Origin: Eledone cirrhosa
Lineage: Eukaryota
Direction: 5' to 3'
Length of the DNA: 64,000 bases
Assembly: GCA_964016885.1 (NCBI GenBank)
Contig: OZ024741.1
Location: 145,886,001-145,950,000, forward strand
The notes under the pieces were generated by a model. It searched no databases. It saw nothing but the letters and a program-made list of their open reading frames with translations, and had not been told where the DNA came from. The position numbers and the translations under genes are program-made. Of the stretch, positions 49,163 through 63,660 are shown piece by piece; within the stretch, counting starts at the first letter, position 1, and every line of letters starts with the position of its first letter.

Positions 49163-51837
49163 CAACGTCAGCTAGAAATATTACACTTGTCTCCTCAACT
49201 GTCACAAATGTTACTGGTGAATCTCATATACTACTTCATCTTAAACTTTTATTTTTTTGTCTTCTTTTTTGTACAGCAATTAGGTGTTTCAGTATCGGCT
49301 TTGAGCCCTGGACTTGTGAACATATGTTAACGAGGTTCATTCTTGAAGTACTGTATTTTAACTTTACTTAGTCATGTTGGTCACACTTTCGTTTTTGTTA
49401 TAGCTAATGCCTATGTATATTTAGTTAACCTCCTATAGGTTTGTATCTCATAGACGATTTTATGTATCTTAATTATATGAATTCCAGTCCTATTGTGAAA
49501 AGCAATGAGGTGATGTGAAATAAAGTGTTTTGATCAAGAATACAATGAATCATTTATGATCATGAGTCCAACAACCTAACCACTAAGTAACACACCTTCA
49601 CAGACTGTGATGAGGATTTTCTTGCAAATGTTTAATTGGAGTGTTTTGAATTTTTTCATTCCAATTTCCATTTTCTAACAAAGATTTCATAATTTCCTCA
49701 AACTTATGTGCTGCTACTTTTGAATCAACTCCATCCAGTAGGCTATGACGATTCTGAAGCACACATGTAGCAGGCAAATCTCTCTTAAATTAAGATCTTT
49801 ATAAATAGTCATATTAATTTTTGTTTTGATTGAATATTTATTTAAATTAAAGTTCATGTTTCTGTTATGTTTTGGTTTTAATATTCATCTAATATATATT
49901 TCTCTAATATTCAAATACAACTTATTGTTTCTGCTTTCTTGAACATCACAAGAATAAAATGATCAGATTTCACTAAATTCATGTTACATTTACTAAACCA
50001 AACATTTTACATATTTAATCGCTTTAACAAATTAATACTTTTTTTTTTATTTTGGTGCTTTTCTTAATTTATTCTCTTAACTTTATTTCTTTAGATATTA
50101 ATGATATTCATGAACTTCCCTCTCTTCAAGTGTGACTTGGCATATTTCTTTAAACCCAGAATCAAGCCAATGTCACCACTGAATCATTTGGAAACTGTAA
50201 CATTGCATAACTGTGTGTACCATCTCCACTATGAGGTAATGATATAAAATTAAAATTGAAAATTCAATCTGTACTGATTGAAGAGGAAAAGAAGGGGGCA
50301 GATTACATCTAACATGATAGATTGTTGGTCAAAACCACATCTCAAGTCTATATGTGTATGTGCGTTGGATCACCATTGTTTAGATTGCAGTAAATGCTTG
50401 CATAACTATGTTTAGCACATATTGTGATGCCACAATACAAAGGTGTAGTAGTGTCATCAGAAAGGCTGGGTAATGATAGCTACTTGCTATCAACAGAAAT
50501 CACAGAGTACACATATCAGAAATGGAGAATGAAATATCATTTCAATAATCATTTATTGAAAATAAATGTTCAATAAATTGATATTTCACTCTCCATTTTT
50601 GATATACATGTTTGTCTGCATATGAGTGTGTGTATGCGTGTTTCCATATCAATGTCCATGTCTTTGTTTATGTCCTATGAATTAGCAGTTTCACAAAGGG
50701 ATCAATAAAATAAGTACCAGAAAATAAGTACCAAACAAAATGAGTACCAGGGTTAATATGATTGACTAAATCCCTTCAAGATGATACTAAATCCCTTCAA
50801 GATGATACTCCAGTCTAGCCACAGTCTAATGACTGAAACTAGTAAATGAGTAGACAGTATTGCTAGTGCTAAGTGTATATATGGAATCATTTTGAAGTAC
50901 ATTTAATAGATCAAATGTATTATTTACGTCAAATAAAGGAGAAATAAAACTGTGAATTGTTCCAATTAGAAAAAAAAAAAAGAAAATCCATTTGAAAGGG
51001 AAAATGAAAGCTGTATGAGAGAACTGTTGCACAAATCTGCTTAGTCAATATTAACAAAACTACACAGTAATATGATAAAAATGGGTGTCTTTTTGAACTT
51101 TTGAAATTGGAAAAATTTTTGATTTCTTTGATATAACATAAGTAGCAAAAATTGAAAAGTCAAATGTTTCTTGCAATAGATATATGCATACACAATAGAT
51201 AAATAAATTACCAAATAGTTTTATATGCATGTTGGCAGATTTCCTTAGATATAATGTAATTAAAGACAAAAGACAAAAAATCAAAAAACAAAGACAAACT
51301 GATATTAAATAAAATTGTTAAAAGTTCGTTTGAAGCTTTGTGTGATTGGTATAAATATTTATGTTAGGACTTCTGCCAGTAGTTCACAATGCCTTTGAGA
51401 TTTTCATCTTTTCCCCACCAACTTTGGTTAACTTATTATTCCAGTGTTTTTCTCATCATGCTATTAGTGGTACACATTCAAGTTTGCTGATATTCCTATT
51501 AACTTGATAGACAGAAGATGCTTTTTGTCAAAAATCCAAAATGCCTAACTGCAACCATTCAAAGAGGGAGATCTAGAGAAACACTGATGCATTATTTTTG
51601 CTACTTGTCACAGATTGAGCAGTTCGTGATAATTATGGTTTTCTTCTCTTTTCTTTTATTCATGTACAGGTTTCAGTCAGTAGACTGCAATCATACTGGA
51701 GCACTGCCTTGATTTAGTCAATCATATCAGCTCAGGTACTTATTTTATCGATAACATTTGTCAAACTGCTATGTTACAGGACATAACAACAGATACAGAC
51801 ACAAATGTTTACACACACACACATACACATGCATATA

Positions 51838-52068
51838 TCATCATCACATCATCATCATCACTGTTTTGCGTCCGTTCTTCCACGCTAGCATGGGTTAGAT
51901 GGGTTGTCCTGTTGTGGGCAGTGTCTGGTCGGCTGACCTTGTCTTGCTCATTAGGGAACTGATTCTGGCCTGATTTTTACAGCTGGATGCCCTTCCTAAC
52001 ACCAACCTTATTCACAGTGAGTGCTGGGTGCTTTTTCCCTGTGGCGCCTACACGTCCACTTTGCAGTG
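51838..52068 (-). mobile_element. 3'-end fragment of the 47-kb RTE family
   Basis: Near-identical to the reverse complement of 48525-48745. Confidence 0.9.
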
Positions 52069-52069
52069 T

Positions 52070-53130
52070 GTGTATCTTCCCCTGGGTCTCCTGTCAGTTG
52101 ATTTTTGCCTGTAAAATCTGTCCTGCGATCCTTTCCTGAGACATTCTAAACTCATGCCCATAGTACCAGGGCTGTGATCTCTCAATTCAGAGAAGTTGCG
52201 GCTCTACATGGAGTGATTCCCTGATCTCAGAGCTATGCCCTCTATCAGCCAAATTGGGGTTCAGAGGAACCCAATTTTGGCCGCTTGTATTTGCAATCAT
52301 AATTTTTTGGTCATTAACCAAGATTCATGACCATAGGTAAGGCTTGGCATGAATACAGAATTGAAGATAACATGTTTTGTTTTTACACCTACCACCTATT
52401 TTCTGATTACCAAATGCTGAAGCTGGTGCATTACTACACCAGCTTTTGCAATTCTTGCACTTAAGCCTCTTACCTTCCATCACTCGTAAACATGGCCCTG
52501 AGATACTTGAACTTCTCTACCTTCTTCAGTAGAGCTCCATTCACATTGAGAGAACAAGTATGTCAGTTTTTGCAGCACTGATTTTCATTCCAGTGATGTT
52601 GCACTTGGCATCAAATCTATCAAGTGCATGTCAGAGATCACTTTCTATTGAGTTAAGTAATACCAAGTCGTCTGCAAATTCCAGCCGACTGATTCTACAT
52701 CAGCCAGTCGTGACACCACTTTCAACTCGGCTGTGCATGTCAATCCTGTTCATGTAAATAATGAACAGGAGAGGTGACAGTGTGCACCCTTAGCAGAATC
52801 TGACTCTCTTATTAAATGGTTTCGATTTAGCACTATTTATCTGAACACTCGGGCATTCATATAGAGATATCAAGACAACAAGAAGCAGACAATCAATCCC
52901 ATACTCCGGCAGAACCTTCCAGAGCAGCTCCCATGGAACATGGTCATATGCCTTTTTGAAGTTGTCAAAACAAAAACACATCCCATTCAAAACAATATCA
53001 TCTGTTGTAAACGAGGTGCATCTGGGAGCGATGACTAATTTCTTGGAGGCTGCGGTCACAATAGCAATTAGAGACCTTTTGTCTGCCGGGTGGCTTGGAT
53101 CTCAATTATCTCCTTTTTAAGCTTCTCCAA
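52070..53130 (-). mobile_element. Degraded RTE-clade LINE (second family), RT and C-terminus
   Basis: FKKAYDHVPWELLWKVL.EYGI in ORF 52790..53059. Downstream minus-strand pieces read .GCTLSPLLFIIYM, FADDLV and EKFKYL. Confidence 0.85.
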
Positions 53131-53217
53131 TAAAGTTGATGCAAAAGGAGATTGTTGTATCCAAGCCAGCTGATGAATAGTGTAGTTTTTTCCCCAGACA
53201 CAGCACAGCTGGCCAAA

Positions 53218-53280
<63 letters not shown>

Positions 53281-55077
53281 ATACACATATATACACACAT
53301 ATACACCCATATAAATACACAGAAACACACAGAGCATCCTCATCATCACTGTTGACATCTGGTATTATATTGTAGGGTGTACCCCACTTTCCATATTTGT
53401 ATGGGCTGGCCAATGATGATTGAATGAAGGTTGTGAGCGTAAAGAGGAGCCCATGTATGTTATGTGTGAGGGCATGGAAGTACCTGGTTTGATGCCTAAG
53501 CACACAGTTAGCCCATCAGGAGTGAGAGACCCCTAGTTCTGATTAGGACATCACTCAAGATGGAAAACTCGGATTTAAAACCTGCAACATGATAGTGCCA
53601 ATGATATTGACCTGTTCTTCTTTTTGGCTACCTGTCACCAAATCCTTTCTTCACTTAGAAAAACTTCAAGCACAGGTATCACTTGATTTATTTGACTTTC
53701 ATGTACATTGCATGAGTATGGCCTTTTCTTTTCTTTCACTGCAGTATATGCAGAAAGGAACCTAAGTCCTTAGAATGGTTAAAATTCATGTTCTTGCCAC
53801 CCATGTATGAGAAAAAGGTCAACAGATGGCAATTCTCAAAACTGAGATGCAGCCATTATGTTTCTAGGAATGTATGTATTATGTATGTGTGTATGTGTGT
53901 ATGTATGTAGGTATAAATCCATGTATGTATGAATGTATGTATATATGTATCTACATATAAATATACAAGAGTTTTCTGCAATTTAGATCTGCTAAGTCTC
54001 ACACACACTGTGTCATTGGCCAATCCGTGTCAACTAAAGGCTGTAGTAGGAAAACACTTGCCGAATGTATTGCACAAGTGAACAGATCCTGAAACCATAT
54101 GGCTGCAAAGCTAATTTCTTAACCACACAACCATGTGTGTGTGAATTACATATATCTTCACTTACTCAAATTCTATTAGATAATTTTTCTCTGAAAAAGT
54201 AAGACAATTTCCTGATATCCCTGAATATCCTGATACTCCCTGTAACTCAATGTAAAGGTGAAGCTAACTTAATCAATACCATCTTGTACTAAGTTTGGTA
54301 ATTCATGTCCTCTTACAAGTCCTATACTTAACTTCATATTGATCAATTCGCTTTACATTAATTAATTGAAGGGTCTTGTACTAAAAATATGAACAATTAA
54401 TTTTGTTAGTACAGCTCTCTGCCTTCCCCAGCGATAGCACTGTATAGTTGGTGAATGTTTTGTAAGTTTGACATTTTCAGTGGTTTCGCAATAACTCAAT
54501 GAAGTGTATTAACACAACTCCCCACTTTTTCTAATGTTTTTAACTGTTATAAACAGCATGTTAATTTCCAGAGTAGGCAGCTCAGTTGATTTAGCAACTG
54601 GAAATCTCATCATTGGCACCAATGGAAGTCCAACTTCAACACAAATATCTTGAGTTGGCACTTACAAAGAAAATCTGACTAAAGGCTTTACAGTATTTAG
54701 TTTTATCTCTCAATGTAATGAGTTCAAATACTATTGGGATTGAGTTTGCATTCCTTATCTCTAGAGTTAATAACAAAGTTTCAGTAATTTATTGTGATAG
54801 GTGTGTTTAAGTCAATTATACCCATTCTTATGAAAATTGATCTTATGCCAAATCAAAAGTGTTATCTTTAACTGTATAGATTTAGTCTAGAAAGTCTGAC
54901 ATACCATACTTAATATTTAAAGACTGTCATATGAGAGAAATATAACTTCATGATATTAATTAATTGGTAAATAGCTGAGAACTTCCCAGCAACTGTTACA
55001 TCTAAGTTTACTGAGACTATATTGAATAAAGTATCTGCTAGCTTAGATTTGGCAAAACCTGCTGTGGATTTCAAATC

Positions 55078-55336
55078 ATAACCCTTACGATGTTTGATAC
55101 TAAACTGCCTGGAACTGCCACTGGTTCGATGATAAAAAGCCAGTCATTTTAAAGTGTTTATATTTAGATTTAAACCTTTCATTGTAATTTAATGTAAGAA
55201 AATTCAGTTATGCTCCAAACATCAACTTTAAAATGAAGAAAACAAAAATGAAAATAAATCCTTCAAAATTCGGGATTATTTTCAAAATTAATTGAAAATC
55301 ACTCTTTCATTAGAAATATAGTAATGAAGGGGTTAA
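55078..55336. mobile_element. TTAA MITE family copy
   Basis: TAACCCTT...GATACTAAACTGCCTGGAAC...TTCATTAGAAATATAGTAATGAAGGGGTTAA. Confidence 0.65.
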
Positions 55337-55539
55337 ACTGTCGGTCTTAACACATTATCCATATTTCACCTTTAGTTCATAATTGATATCAATCATCCAG
55401 AAAAAAATGTTAGTACAAAATTAATAAATATTGATTTCTCGTGACTAGGCACAAAATTAATTCTTGTAAGATAAGTTGTAGTGATGATTAAATTAATATA
55501 TGACAGCTGGTCTCTTCTGTCATGATCTGAACATCATAG

Positions 55540-55900
55540 AAAAACAATTCCATTAATTTTCCAATGAAACTCAAACTACACAATTCTCTGGTGACTTTGA
55601 TTCTTCTGTAAGGGTGTGAAAGCTGGACTCTTGCTGCCAACATGGAACAAAAAAATCCAGGTATTTGAGCAAAACGTTTCAGCAACCTATTGTTTATCTC
55701 ATGCACATGACAAATGTCTTTGACAAACAGTAAGTTAACAGGTATGGTGGCAGGCAGGAACAACTCTTTGCAACAGTAAAATGATTATAGCTTATCTAGT
55801 ACAGTCATGTATACTACCACGACTCTCTGTCCAAAACTATTCTTCAGGACCCAGCTGAAAGTAGGTGAAGAAAAGAATGAAAACCCTGATCCAACAGCAA
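55540..55900 (+). mobile_element. Highly degraded RTE C-terminal remnant
   Basis: CTTCTGTAAGGGTGTGAAAGCTGGACTCTT resembles the LLYGCESWTL motif; AAAACTATTCTTCAGG (KTILQG). Confidence 0.5.
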
Positions 55901-56909
55901 AGGTCATAACACTGTGACAATTCTGAAACAGCAAAGGTCATAACACTGTGACAATTCTGAGGACAGAAGCTAGTGGTGACTGCTGACTGCCAAATCACCT
56001 TGAGTAGCACACCAACAACAGGATGTGTCTGTCATGAATACATGATGATTATAATAGCTGTTAGTTTTATAAATTTATAAGCCACTGGAATCTCTACAAG
56101 GATTTGAATTTGGAAAGTAAAATGAAAAGTAATAATTGCAAAGCATTAATTCTAGTCTGGTGCTCTACTTGTTCTGTCAAATTGTTACCCTTAAAAGATT
56201 AATATAAGATGAGCTATAAGTGATTTTTCTGATGCTGTGTAGGTTAACACAATAGAATAGAATATTTTGAGAGAAGTGTTGTTAGAATAAGCGAGCTGCT
56301 TGAAATGGATGGCAGTATTATTGATGAGAAGACTCTATCCCATGGTAGTTGTAATGAAGCTATAGAATCATTTTATATTAATGTGGCTCTAGCCATTAAC
56401 TTATAACTGTGAAACTGTTTCATCTAAAATGTCCTCTTGTTAATTATTTTGTTTATATTGCAGAGTAATAGTGAATGTGAAGTATCATACGAAACAATTG
56501 ATATTACATAGGTGGAATGGCTTCATTATTCATTTGTCAATGTGTCTTTCTGCTTCATCTAGCGTTAGAAATCTATTGATGCAGCCCTGAGTGCATGTAA
56601 CAAATACAAATGTTAAAGCAATGGATAAGTTTCAGGCAGACAGCATATTGATAAGGTTTAACAGTGAACTGATAATCAATTGGGGGAACAGTCTCTCTCT
56701 CTTCAGTCAACACAAATACTCTGTTTTAATATTCATATGATAGGTTTTATATTATTTGAAGGTTATATAACACTGATAAGAAAGACAGAGAATCGTTGAA
56801 ATAGATAAAACCTAGCTTAGTGGTGTGATTTGCTATGAAAAAAATCATCTAAATATACTAAACTGTTCATTTATGTTCAAAATTAAGATACAGAAAATTC
56901 TGAATATTT

Positions 56910-57250
56910 TCTGGTGGTAAAGGTTCAGGGAGCTACTGTCCCTTTTAACAACAAAGGATATCTTTCTCTGAATGAAAGGCAGATTGTATGATACTTGTGT
57001 GCAAAGTGTGATGTTGCATGGTAGTGATTCATGGGCAGTAAATGAAGAAGATATACAAATGCTAGAGAGAAATGAATACTCCTGTGGATGTTTTATGTTA
57101 ATGTGCATGAACGGCTAGTGTGCAAAAGAGAAGGCTGCATTGGTATGGGCATATGTGTAGGGATAATGAAATCTGGGTGGTGAAGTGCCAAGAGTTCCTA
57201 GTGGAAGGAATGCAATGAGTACAGGGAGGCTGTGCTGGAAAAGATCTGTC
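56910..57250 (+). mobile_element. Old remnant of the 47-kb RTE family
   Basis: GGTTCAGGGAGCTACT...CTGAATGAAAGGCAGATTGTATGAT...GCATGGTAGTGA matches 47950-48060. Confidence 0.75.
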
Positions 57251-57496
57251 TAACCCATATAAGTATTGAAAAATGATGTTTCATATGAAGGTTGTGTATG
57301 AACAAATGATAGTGGCTTAATTCTTGAGGGAACACTGATTGTTAGGGTATGGGTACATAAGGAAACAAAAATTGGTTGGTGAGGAAAGGAGATGAAGTGA
57401 TGAAAATGATGAAGTTGCATAACTATATTATTGGGAATATGAAACAACAAAACATCCAAAGACCCAGTTCTCATCGATATAAAAGCAGTATTTATA

Positions 57497-57950
57497 ATAA
57501 CTGTTTCTACTTTAGGCACAAGGCCAGCAATTACCCAGTGCATTACTGGTACTTTATTTTATCGACCCCGTAAGGATGAAAGGCAAAGTCAACCTCGGCG
57601 GGATTTGAACTCAGATCGTAGAGGGATATTTATAATAACAATAATGATAATCGTTTCTTATTTAGGTATAAGGCAAGCAATTTGGTGATTGTAGGGAAAC
57701 AGTTGATGTAATTGATCCCAGTTCTTGAATTATACTTTATTTTATCAACCCTGGAACATAGAAATGTAAAGAGCCAGAACAAATATCCTCAAACATTTTT
57801 CCAAAGATATGATGATAATAATAATGAGGCCAGTAATTTGGGGGGAGGGAAATGTTAATTAAATCGACCCCAGTACGTTACTGGTGCTTTATTTTATCAA
57901 TCCCGTAAGGATGAAAGGCAAAGTTAACCTCGGCAGGATTTGAACTGTAG
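57497..57950 (-). mobile_element. Cluster of three Meta-like SINE copies
   Basis: Copies at 57500-57625, ~57650-57800 (diverged) and 57828-57947. Confidence 0.8.
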
Positions 57951-58051
57951 GGTGAAAGTCAAAAATTTACTTCAGCAGAATACGAATTTAAATCTAGCAG
58001 AAAAGTAACTCCAAATACGAACTCACTCAGACTGTGGTGATATATCCAACC

Positions 58052-58330
58052 CATCATCATCATCATCATCATCATCATCGTTTAACGTCCGTGTTCCACG
58101 CTTGCATGGGTTTGGACGGGGGTTTTCCCACTTGAGGCAAGAGTGGTTATCTTGCTCGCATAGGACTATCTGGCGGGTTTTCTACAGCTGGATGCCCTTC
58201 CTAACACCAACCACATTTACAGTGTGGGGCTGGGAGGTTTTTACCGTGTTGCCTACACGGCCACATTACAGCGTGAACTGTGTGTTTTTTGACGTGACAC
58301 CTACACGATCTCATTTGTTTCGGCCTGGAT
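58052..58330 (-). mobile_element. RTE-tail element
   Basis: (CAT)n-CGTTTAACGTCCGTGTTCCACGCTTGCATGGGTTTGGACGGGGG, matching the short plus-strand copy at 43187-43257. Confidence 0.8.
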
Positions 58331-58459
58331 GTTGTGGCACCAACATAACTTTACATTGAAAGGGGCGGTGTGGATGGGGGTGGGGGTGGTGGGACGGGGT
58401 GTATTTTGTTAGAGATGCCTACTGGCTGTAGTAGGTTTTACTTTGTATTAAAGAAATTG

Positions 58460-58800
58460 TATGGATGATAATGTTGGTAGTGATAGTGGTGATGATGGTT
58501 GGTAGTGATAGTGGTGTTGGTGGTAGTGATGGCGATAGAGATAATTGTGATGATGAAGATTTTGGTAGTGGTAGTGGGAGTGTTGATGGTGGTGATGATT
58601 GTGGTGGGGGTGATGATGGTGATGACAATGGGGATGATTAAGGTACCGATGATGATGATGACAATGGCGATGATGAAGGTAGTAGTAGTGGTGATGATAG
58701 TGATATTGATGATGATAATGACGATTATGATGATGATAATGGTGATGATGATGATGGTGATGATGGTAATGATGATCATGATGGAGATTATTATGATTGT
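58460..58800. repeat. Degenerate (GAT/GGT/AGT)n trinucleotide repeat
   Basis: Seen directly. Source of the poly-His/Met/Ile ORFs. Confidence 0.95.
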
Positions 58801-59134
58801 GACTCATACAACAGAAAAATGAACAGGTAAATTCTCAAACTTTATCACATCAAATGGGCTGCAAATGGTAATTTGAGCCAAGTTTCCTCAATAGAAAACT
58901 TTTCAAATAATTGTGAGGGATGTCACATCACAATCATTTGAATCATTAATTACTCTTCAACAGCTTTTAGAGTGACCATTTGGGACTGTTGAATGATTTA
59001 ACATTCTATGAATATCTTCTAATTCTTCTAACAAAATTGCATTTTCTTTTCTGAAATATAGCCACAAACTTATTTAAGTTACATCAAGAATTAAATTCAT
59101 AGCCATAAATATACTGGACCTCTGTCAGTTCTAA

Positions 59135-59442
59135 CAACTGTTCCAGTTTTCAGATCAATGAAAGAGCCTGCCTATGAAATCAATGTGCAAGTGGCTGAGT
59201 ATTCTACATGAAGGGTACATGTGTACCCTTATGTACTCTGCATGTAGTTCTTTGGGAGATTCAGCATGACATAGAGTGTGACAAGGCTGGCCTATTTGAA
59301 TTGCAGATGCAACTATTTTTTTTCTCATTTTAGTGAACTGGAGGAACATGAAATAAAGTGTCCTATTGAAGGACACAATTCATAGCTGGGAATTGAACTC
59401 ATACCATTACAATCAACCTCCTAACCACTAAGGCATGCACCT
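59135..59442 (-). mobile_element. tRNA-derived CORE-like SINE
   Basis: GAAATAAAGTGTCCT.TTGAAGGACACAA...GGGAATTGAACTC...CTAACCACTAAG. Confidence 0.7.
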
Positions 59443-60311
59443 GTAAAGCCATATATAAAGCATACAATAATAACCAAATACATTAATGTTAAATCTTTCC
59501 ATTTCTTCCTAACTCAGAGATATTGAATCTAATAAATAAAACCATATATAACAATGACTGCCTTTGGAGAAAGGAATGTGTTTTATTTTACATTTATGTA
59601 ATTACATTCGTTTGTTTAGGTATTTTGAAGTCTCTAATGAGTAAATGTTATAAGATAAATGAAATAATTTCAGTCGTAACATAACCTCAATTGTATCCAG
59701 ATTAGTTTCCAAACAATTCAAACTTGAACAAAGAAATTTCTTTTTTTTTATTGTTTTTCTGTCGTGATATTTTCTCTGTGGAATACAGTTTTTAAACCAA
59801 CATCAAGGAGACATTCTTTATTTTTATTTGGAGAATAAAAGTTATAGTATTGAAGATAGATAAGAAAACAGTAAAAATCAGCAAAATAGATTCCTTTTTA
59901 AAGTAATTATTTTTCGAAGCTGCTCTTCTTCTAAGAAACTTGTCTTTGTCAATTTTTCCATTATGAAGAAATTAAACTTCACTATGGAAATAACAATGCA
60001 ACATTTTATCATACATCAGCACGATGATAATGATGATGAGAGGGAGGAAGAAGAAGAAGTGGATAAAATGATGGTGACTTATTATATAGCTAAGATTAAA
60101 CTGGTCATTCATTTTTTCCTTGGTTTACAGTAAAAAACTAACCATAAACCAGAGGAAAGATGAATGCAACCAATTAAAAAAACAGTGACTGTAAGAACAG
60201 AATTTAACAATAAATCACAGACAACATTAAAAAGCAAAGAGATGTGGATAGTTCTTCTGTAAAAGCAAAGTAGTTCCGATGTTTTAGTTTTACACCCTTG
60301 GTTCAAGACAC

Positions 60312-60915
60312 TCATCATCATCATCATCATTTAATTTCTGCTGCCCATGCTGGCATAGGTTAGACAGGTTGTCACAGTCCAAGACTCGACAGGTCAGAGA
60401 AACTACAGCTTGTTCATATGTTTCATATTTTGGCATGATTTCTACAGCTTGACGTCCTTCCTAATGACAACCACTTTACAGAGTGTGTTGAGTACAGTTT
60501 AATGTCGTCCCAGCACTACCCCTTTACAAAGGGTACTAGGTGCATTTTGTCATAGCAATAGCATTAACATTTTACAATGTGTACCACACATATTTTGTCA
60601 TGGCTTCAACACTAACACACTACAGAATGTACTGTACATTATATCACGGCACCAGCACTAATCCCTTTACAAAGTGTACTGTGAACATTTGATTGCAGCC
60701 TGAGCAAAAGATTTTCAGAGCATTTTATTGTGTCAGCAGCACTAAAACCTTACACAGTTTATTGGGAGCATTTTATTGTCATATCAGCACTAACACTTTA
60801 CAAAGTGTTCTGGTGAATTTTATTGTGGGATCAGTACTAACCACTTTCCAAAGTGTATAGGGATCATTTTAATATGGTACCAACATTAACATACTGGGTG
60901 CATTTTATCATGGTA
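60312..60915 (-). mobile_element. RTE-tail element with an expanded ~44-bp internal tandem array
   Basis: (CAT)n tail end, then about 10 diverged units CAGCACTAACCACTTTACAAAGTGTACTGGGTGCATTTTATCATGGCAC. A shorter version lies at 63008-63290. Confidence 0.75.
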
Positions 60916-61092
60916 CAAATGTTTGTAGCAGTGTGACAGTACGAGGGGAATCTTAGAGTGCTGAATGCCTTTCAGTATTTATTTCCATCCCTCCACAATC
61001 TGAGTTTAACTCCTGCTAGGTACCAACTTAGTCTTTCATTTTTCTAGTATTGATAAACTTACATCTTGGAGTGAACAATCAATGTATTTCTG

Positions 61093-61444
61093 ACAAATGA
61101 GTGGAGTTCTTTCATTATCACCGTTTTACGTCCGTTCTTCCATGCTAGCATGGGTTAGACGGGTTGTCCTATTGTGGGCAGTGTCTGGTCGGCTGACCAT
61201 GCCTTGCTCATACAAGAACTGATTTTGGCTTGATTTCTACAGCTGGATGCCCTTCCTAACACCAACCTCATTTACAGTGAGTGCTGGGTGCTTTTTTCTG
61301 TGGCGCCTACACGTCCACTTTACAGTGTGGGCTGGGTGCTTTTTTGCCATGGCACCTCCACGACCACTTTGAAGTGGGAGGGTGTGGGGCCATATTGTCT
61401 ATATGCTTCAGCTTGTACCCATGGGAGGTCGGGTACTCTGTATT
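61093..61444 (-). mobile_element. Young 3'-end copy of the 47-kb RTE family
   Basis: Near-identical to the reverse complement of ~48412-48740. Confidence 0.92.
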
Positions 61445-63311
61445 AAAGTGGTAAATCAACATTATGGCAAAAAATTAATATTTTAGTATGAGTTATAAGC
61501 ACATAAAATTAACTTGAATCAATGAGAAATATGCATGCAAAGGTTTCATAAATGTCCTCACAAATACAAGACAAAGTTGAGGATGTCTATTTAGGATATG
61601 CTATTAATGCATGTCTACATTCTATCACTTTTAAATTTATGGCTCTTTTTATAAACAATAAATAATGTCTTATATTGTATTCAATGAAATATTTTCTTTT
61701 ACTTTATTTCTTGTTTTATGGTTAAGATGTTTACTTAATAACCACAGGATTTTGCATTCAGACTCACTGCATAGTGCCTTTGGCAAGTTTCCACTACTAT
61801 AGCTTCTGGTTTACTAATAGCATATTAGTGAGATTGTTAGACAGAAAATGTGTGGAAAGATAGAGTGGCTGTGTGTGTGTTGGGGCTGTGTGTGTTCATG
61901 TTTAGATCTATTCTGCATGTTTGTTTATATCCTGCTAGGGGCAATATCATCAACTAAAATTCCTTGGATGCAGTGCCCCAGCATGGTCACTCTTCAGTTT
62001 CTGAAGCTAGTAATAGTGTAAAAAAATTAAAAGAGTTGTATCTAGAAAGACACAATCCTGTTCAGCTATAGTTCTAACATTCAAAAGATTAATGTCCATC
62101 AATTTGCTTCACTAACAGAGAAGCTAATGAAACCACTGTTACTGTTAGTTCTGTCATAATGAGATTTCCTTCTCATTTGTCTTAGGTAAGTTGATAGTCA
62201 AACTAAACTTGATACTTTCAAATGGAAGCAGTGGCTAATCTATCATTTCAAGATTGATTTATTATATGGAAAAAAACAAAAAAAATTGCTTTTCTCTCAT
62301 GCTTCTTTTTTCTGTATTTTTAAAAGCAAATAAATAAAATGGAGAAAATATAGTATAAAAAAAACATCAAATCAACAAAAGAAAAACTGAACACTTCAGA
62401 AGAAGTCTCTTAGGAAACATAGAAATGTATCTGATGGATGTTTTGTCTATGTTTCCTACAGAAAGTCTATCAGGTCTACTTAGAGAAGAACAGAATGAAT
62501 AGCTGCCTAATCCCTACCTAAATCTGTCAGATGTAATAAATAGCACAGCTCACACAGAAAACGGCAAAGACATCTCATGAAAATATAAAATTAATCAAAA
62601 AGATTTAAATATATACGCAGACATGCATACAAACAACATCATCATCATCCTCATTTCTCCCATACCAAAACATAACTGAGAGAGAGTGGGGGAAGGAACC
62701 ATTCCAATCACAATCTGAAAATGAAAATGAAAAATGAAAAATGACAAAGTAGGAACCAGTTTTGTAGCAAAGATGAAGGTTTATAGGAGAAAGTTGAAGA
62801 AAAACTGCTAACATCATTTTATACGGTTGTATGAGATTCAAAAGTAATGGTTGTTTATCAGAAGAGGGTTTTGGTATAGAGGCATATATGAACATATATA
62901 TGATATATTTACATATGATAAACATATATTTAGCCTCACTATGGGTATGTTAAACTGTGATCAACTCAGGTTAACAGTGGTCAACACTTTTTCTCTTCTA
63001 TTCTATGCCATCATCATCATTATCATCATTTTATGCCTATTTTCCATGCTGGCATGATTTGGATGGTTCATCACAGTCCAAGATCAGATAAGTTGGAGGA
63101 CTACATCTTACATATATTTTTGGCATAGTTTCTTCAGATGGATGTTTTTTCTTGAGTGCACTGTAAGCATTTTATCATGGCACCAACACTATCACTTTAC
63201 AAAGTGTCCTGTGTGCATTTTATCAGGGCACCAGCACTACCACTTTACAGAATATACTGCATGACTCTTATTGTGAAACCACTAGTATGAGGTTCAGAAA
63301 TTCTTCCTTTT

Positions 63312-63660
63312 ATAATTGTTTCTACTTTTTTGGCACAAGGCCAGCAATTACCCAGTACATTACTGGTACTTTATTTTATCGACCCCATAAGGATGAAAGG
63401 CAAAGTGAACCTCGGCGGGATTTGAAATCAAGGGACGTAACTATGCTGGAAAACATGGCATCCGATAATGATTTCTAATTTTGGTTAAAGGTCAACAACT
63501 TGGAGGGAGGGGAATGTAAATTAAATGGACACATATACTTGATTCATACTATATTTGTCAATCCCAAAAGGATTATTGACAACGTTAACCTGGATTTGAA
63601 CTCAGAACATAATGGTTCTGAAAAAATACTGCAAACTTACTCTCTACTGATTCTGCCAAA
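63312..63660 (-). mobile_element. Two Meta-like SINE copies (one young, one degraded)
   Basis: GGCACAAGGCCAGCAATTACCCAGTACATTACTGGTACTTTATTTTATCGACCCC...CCTCGGCGGGATTTGAA. Confidence 0.8.

Noticed and set aside
54166-54190. 25-nt minus-strand segment between TTTTTCAG and GTAAGT
   Set aside because: Not frame-preserving, has stops in two frames and no other support.
55893-55960. Short exact tandem duplications (also ~2275-2318, 3796-3848, 50765-50809)
   Set aside because: Ordinary slippage duplications with no further structure.
58419-58822. Poly-His, Met/Val and Ser/Pro ORFs
   Set aside because: Products of a degenerate trinucleotide repeat.
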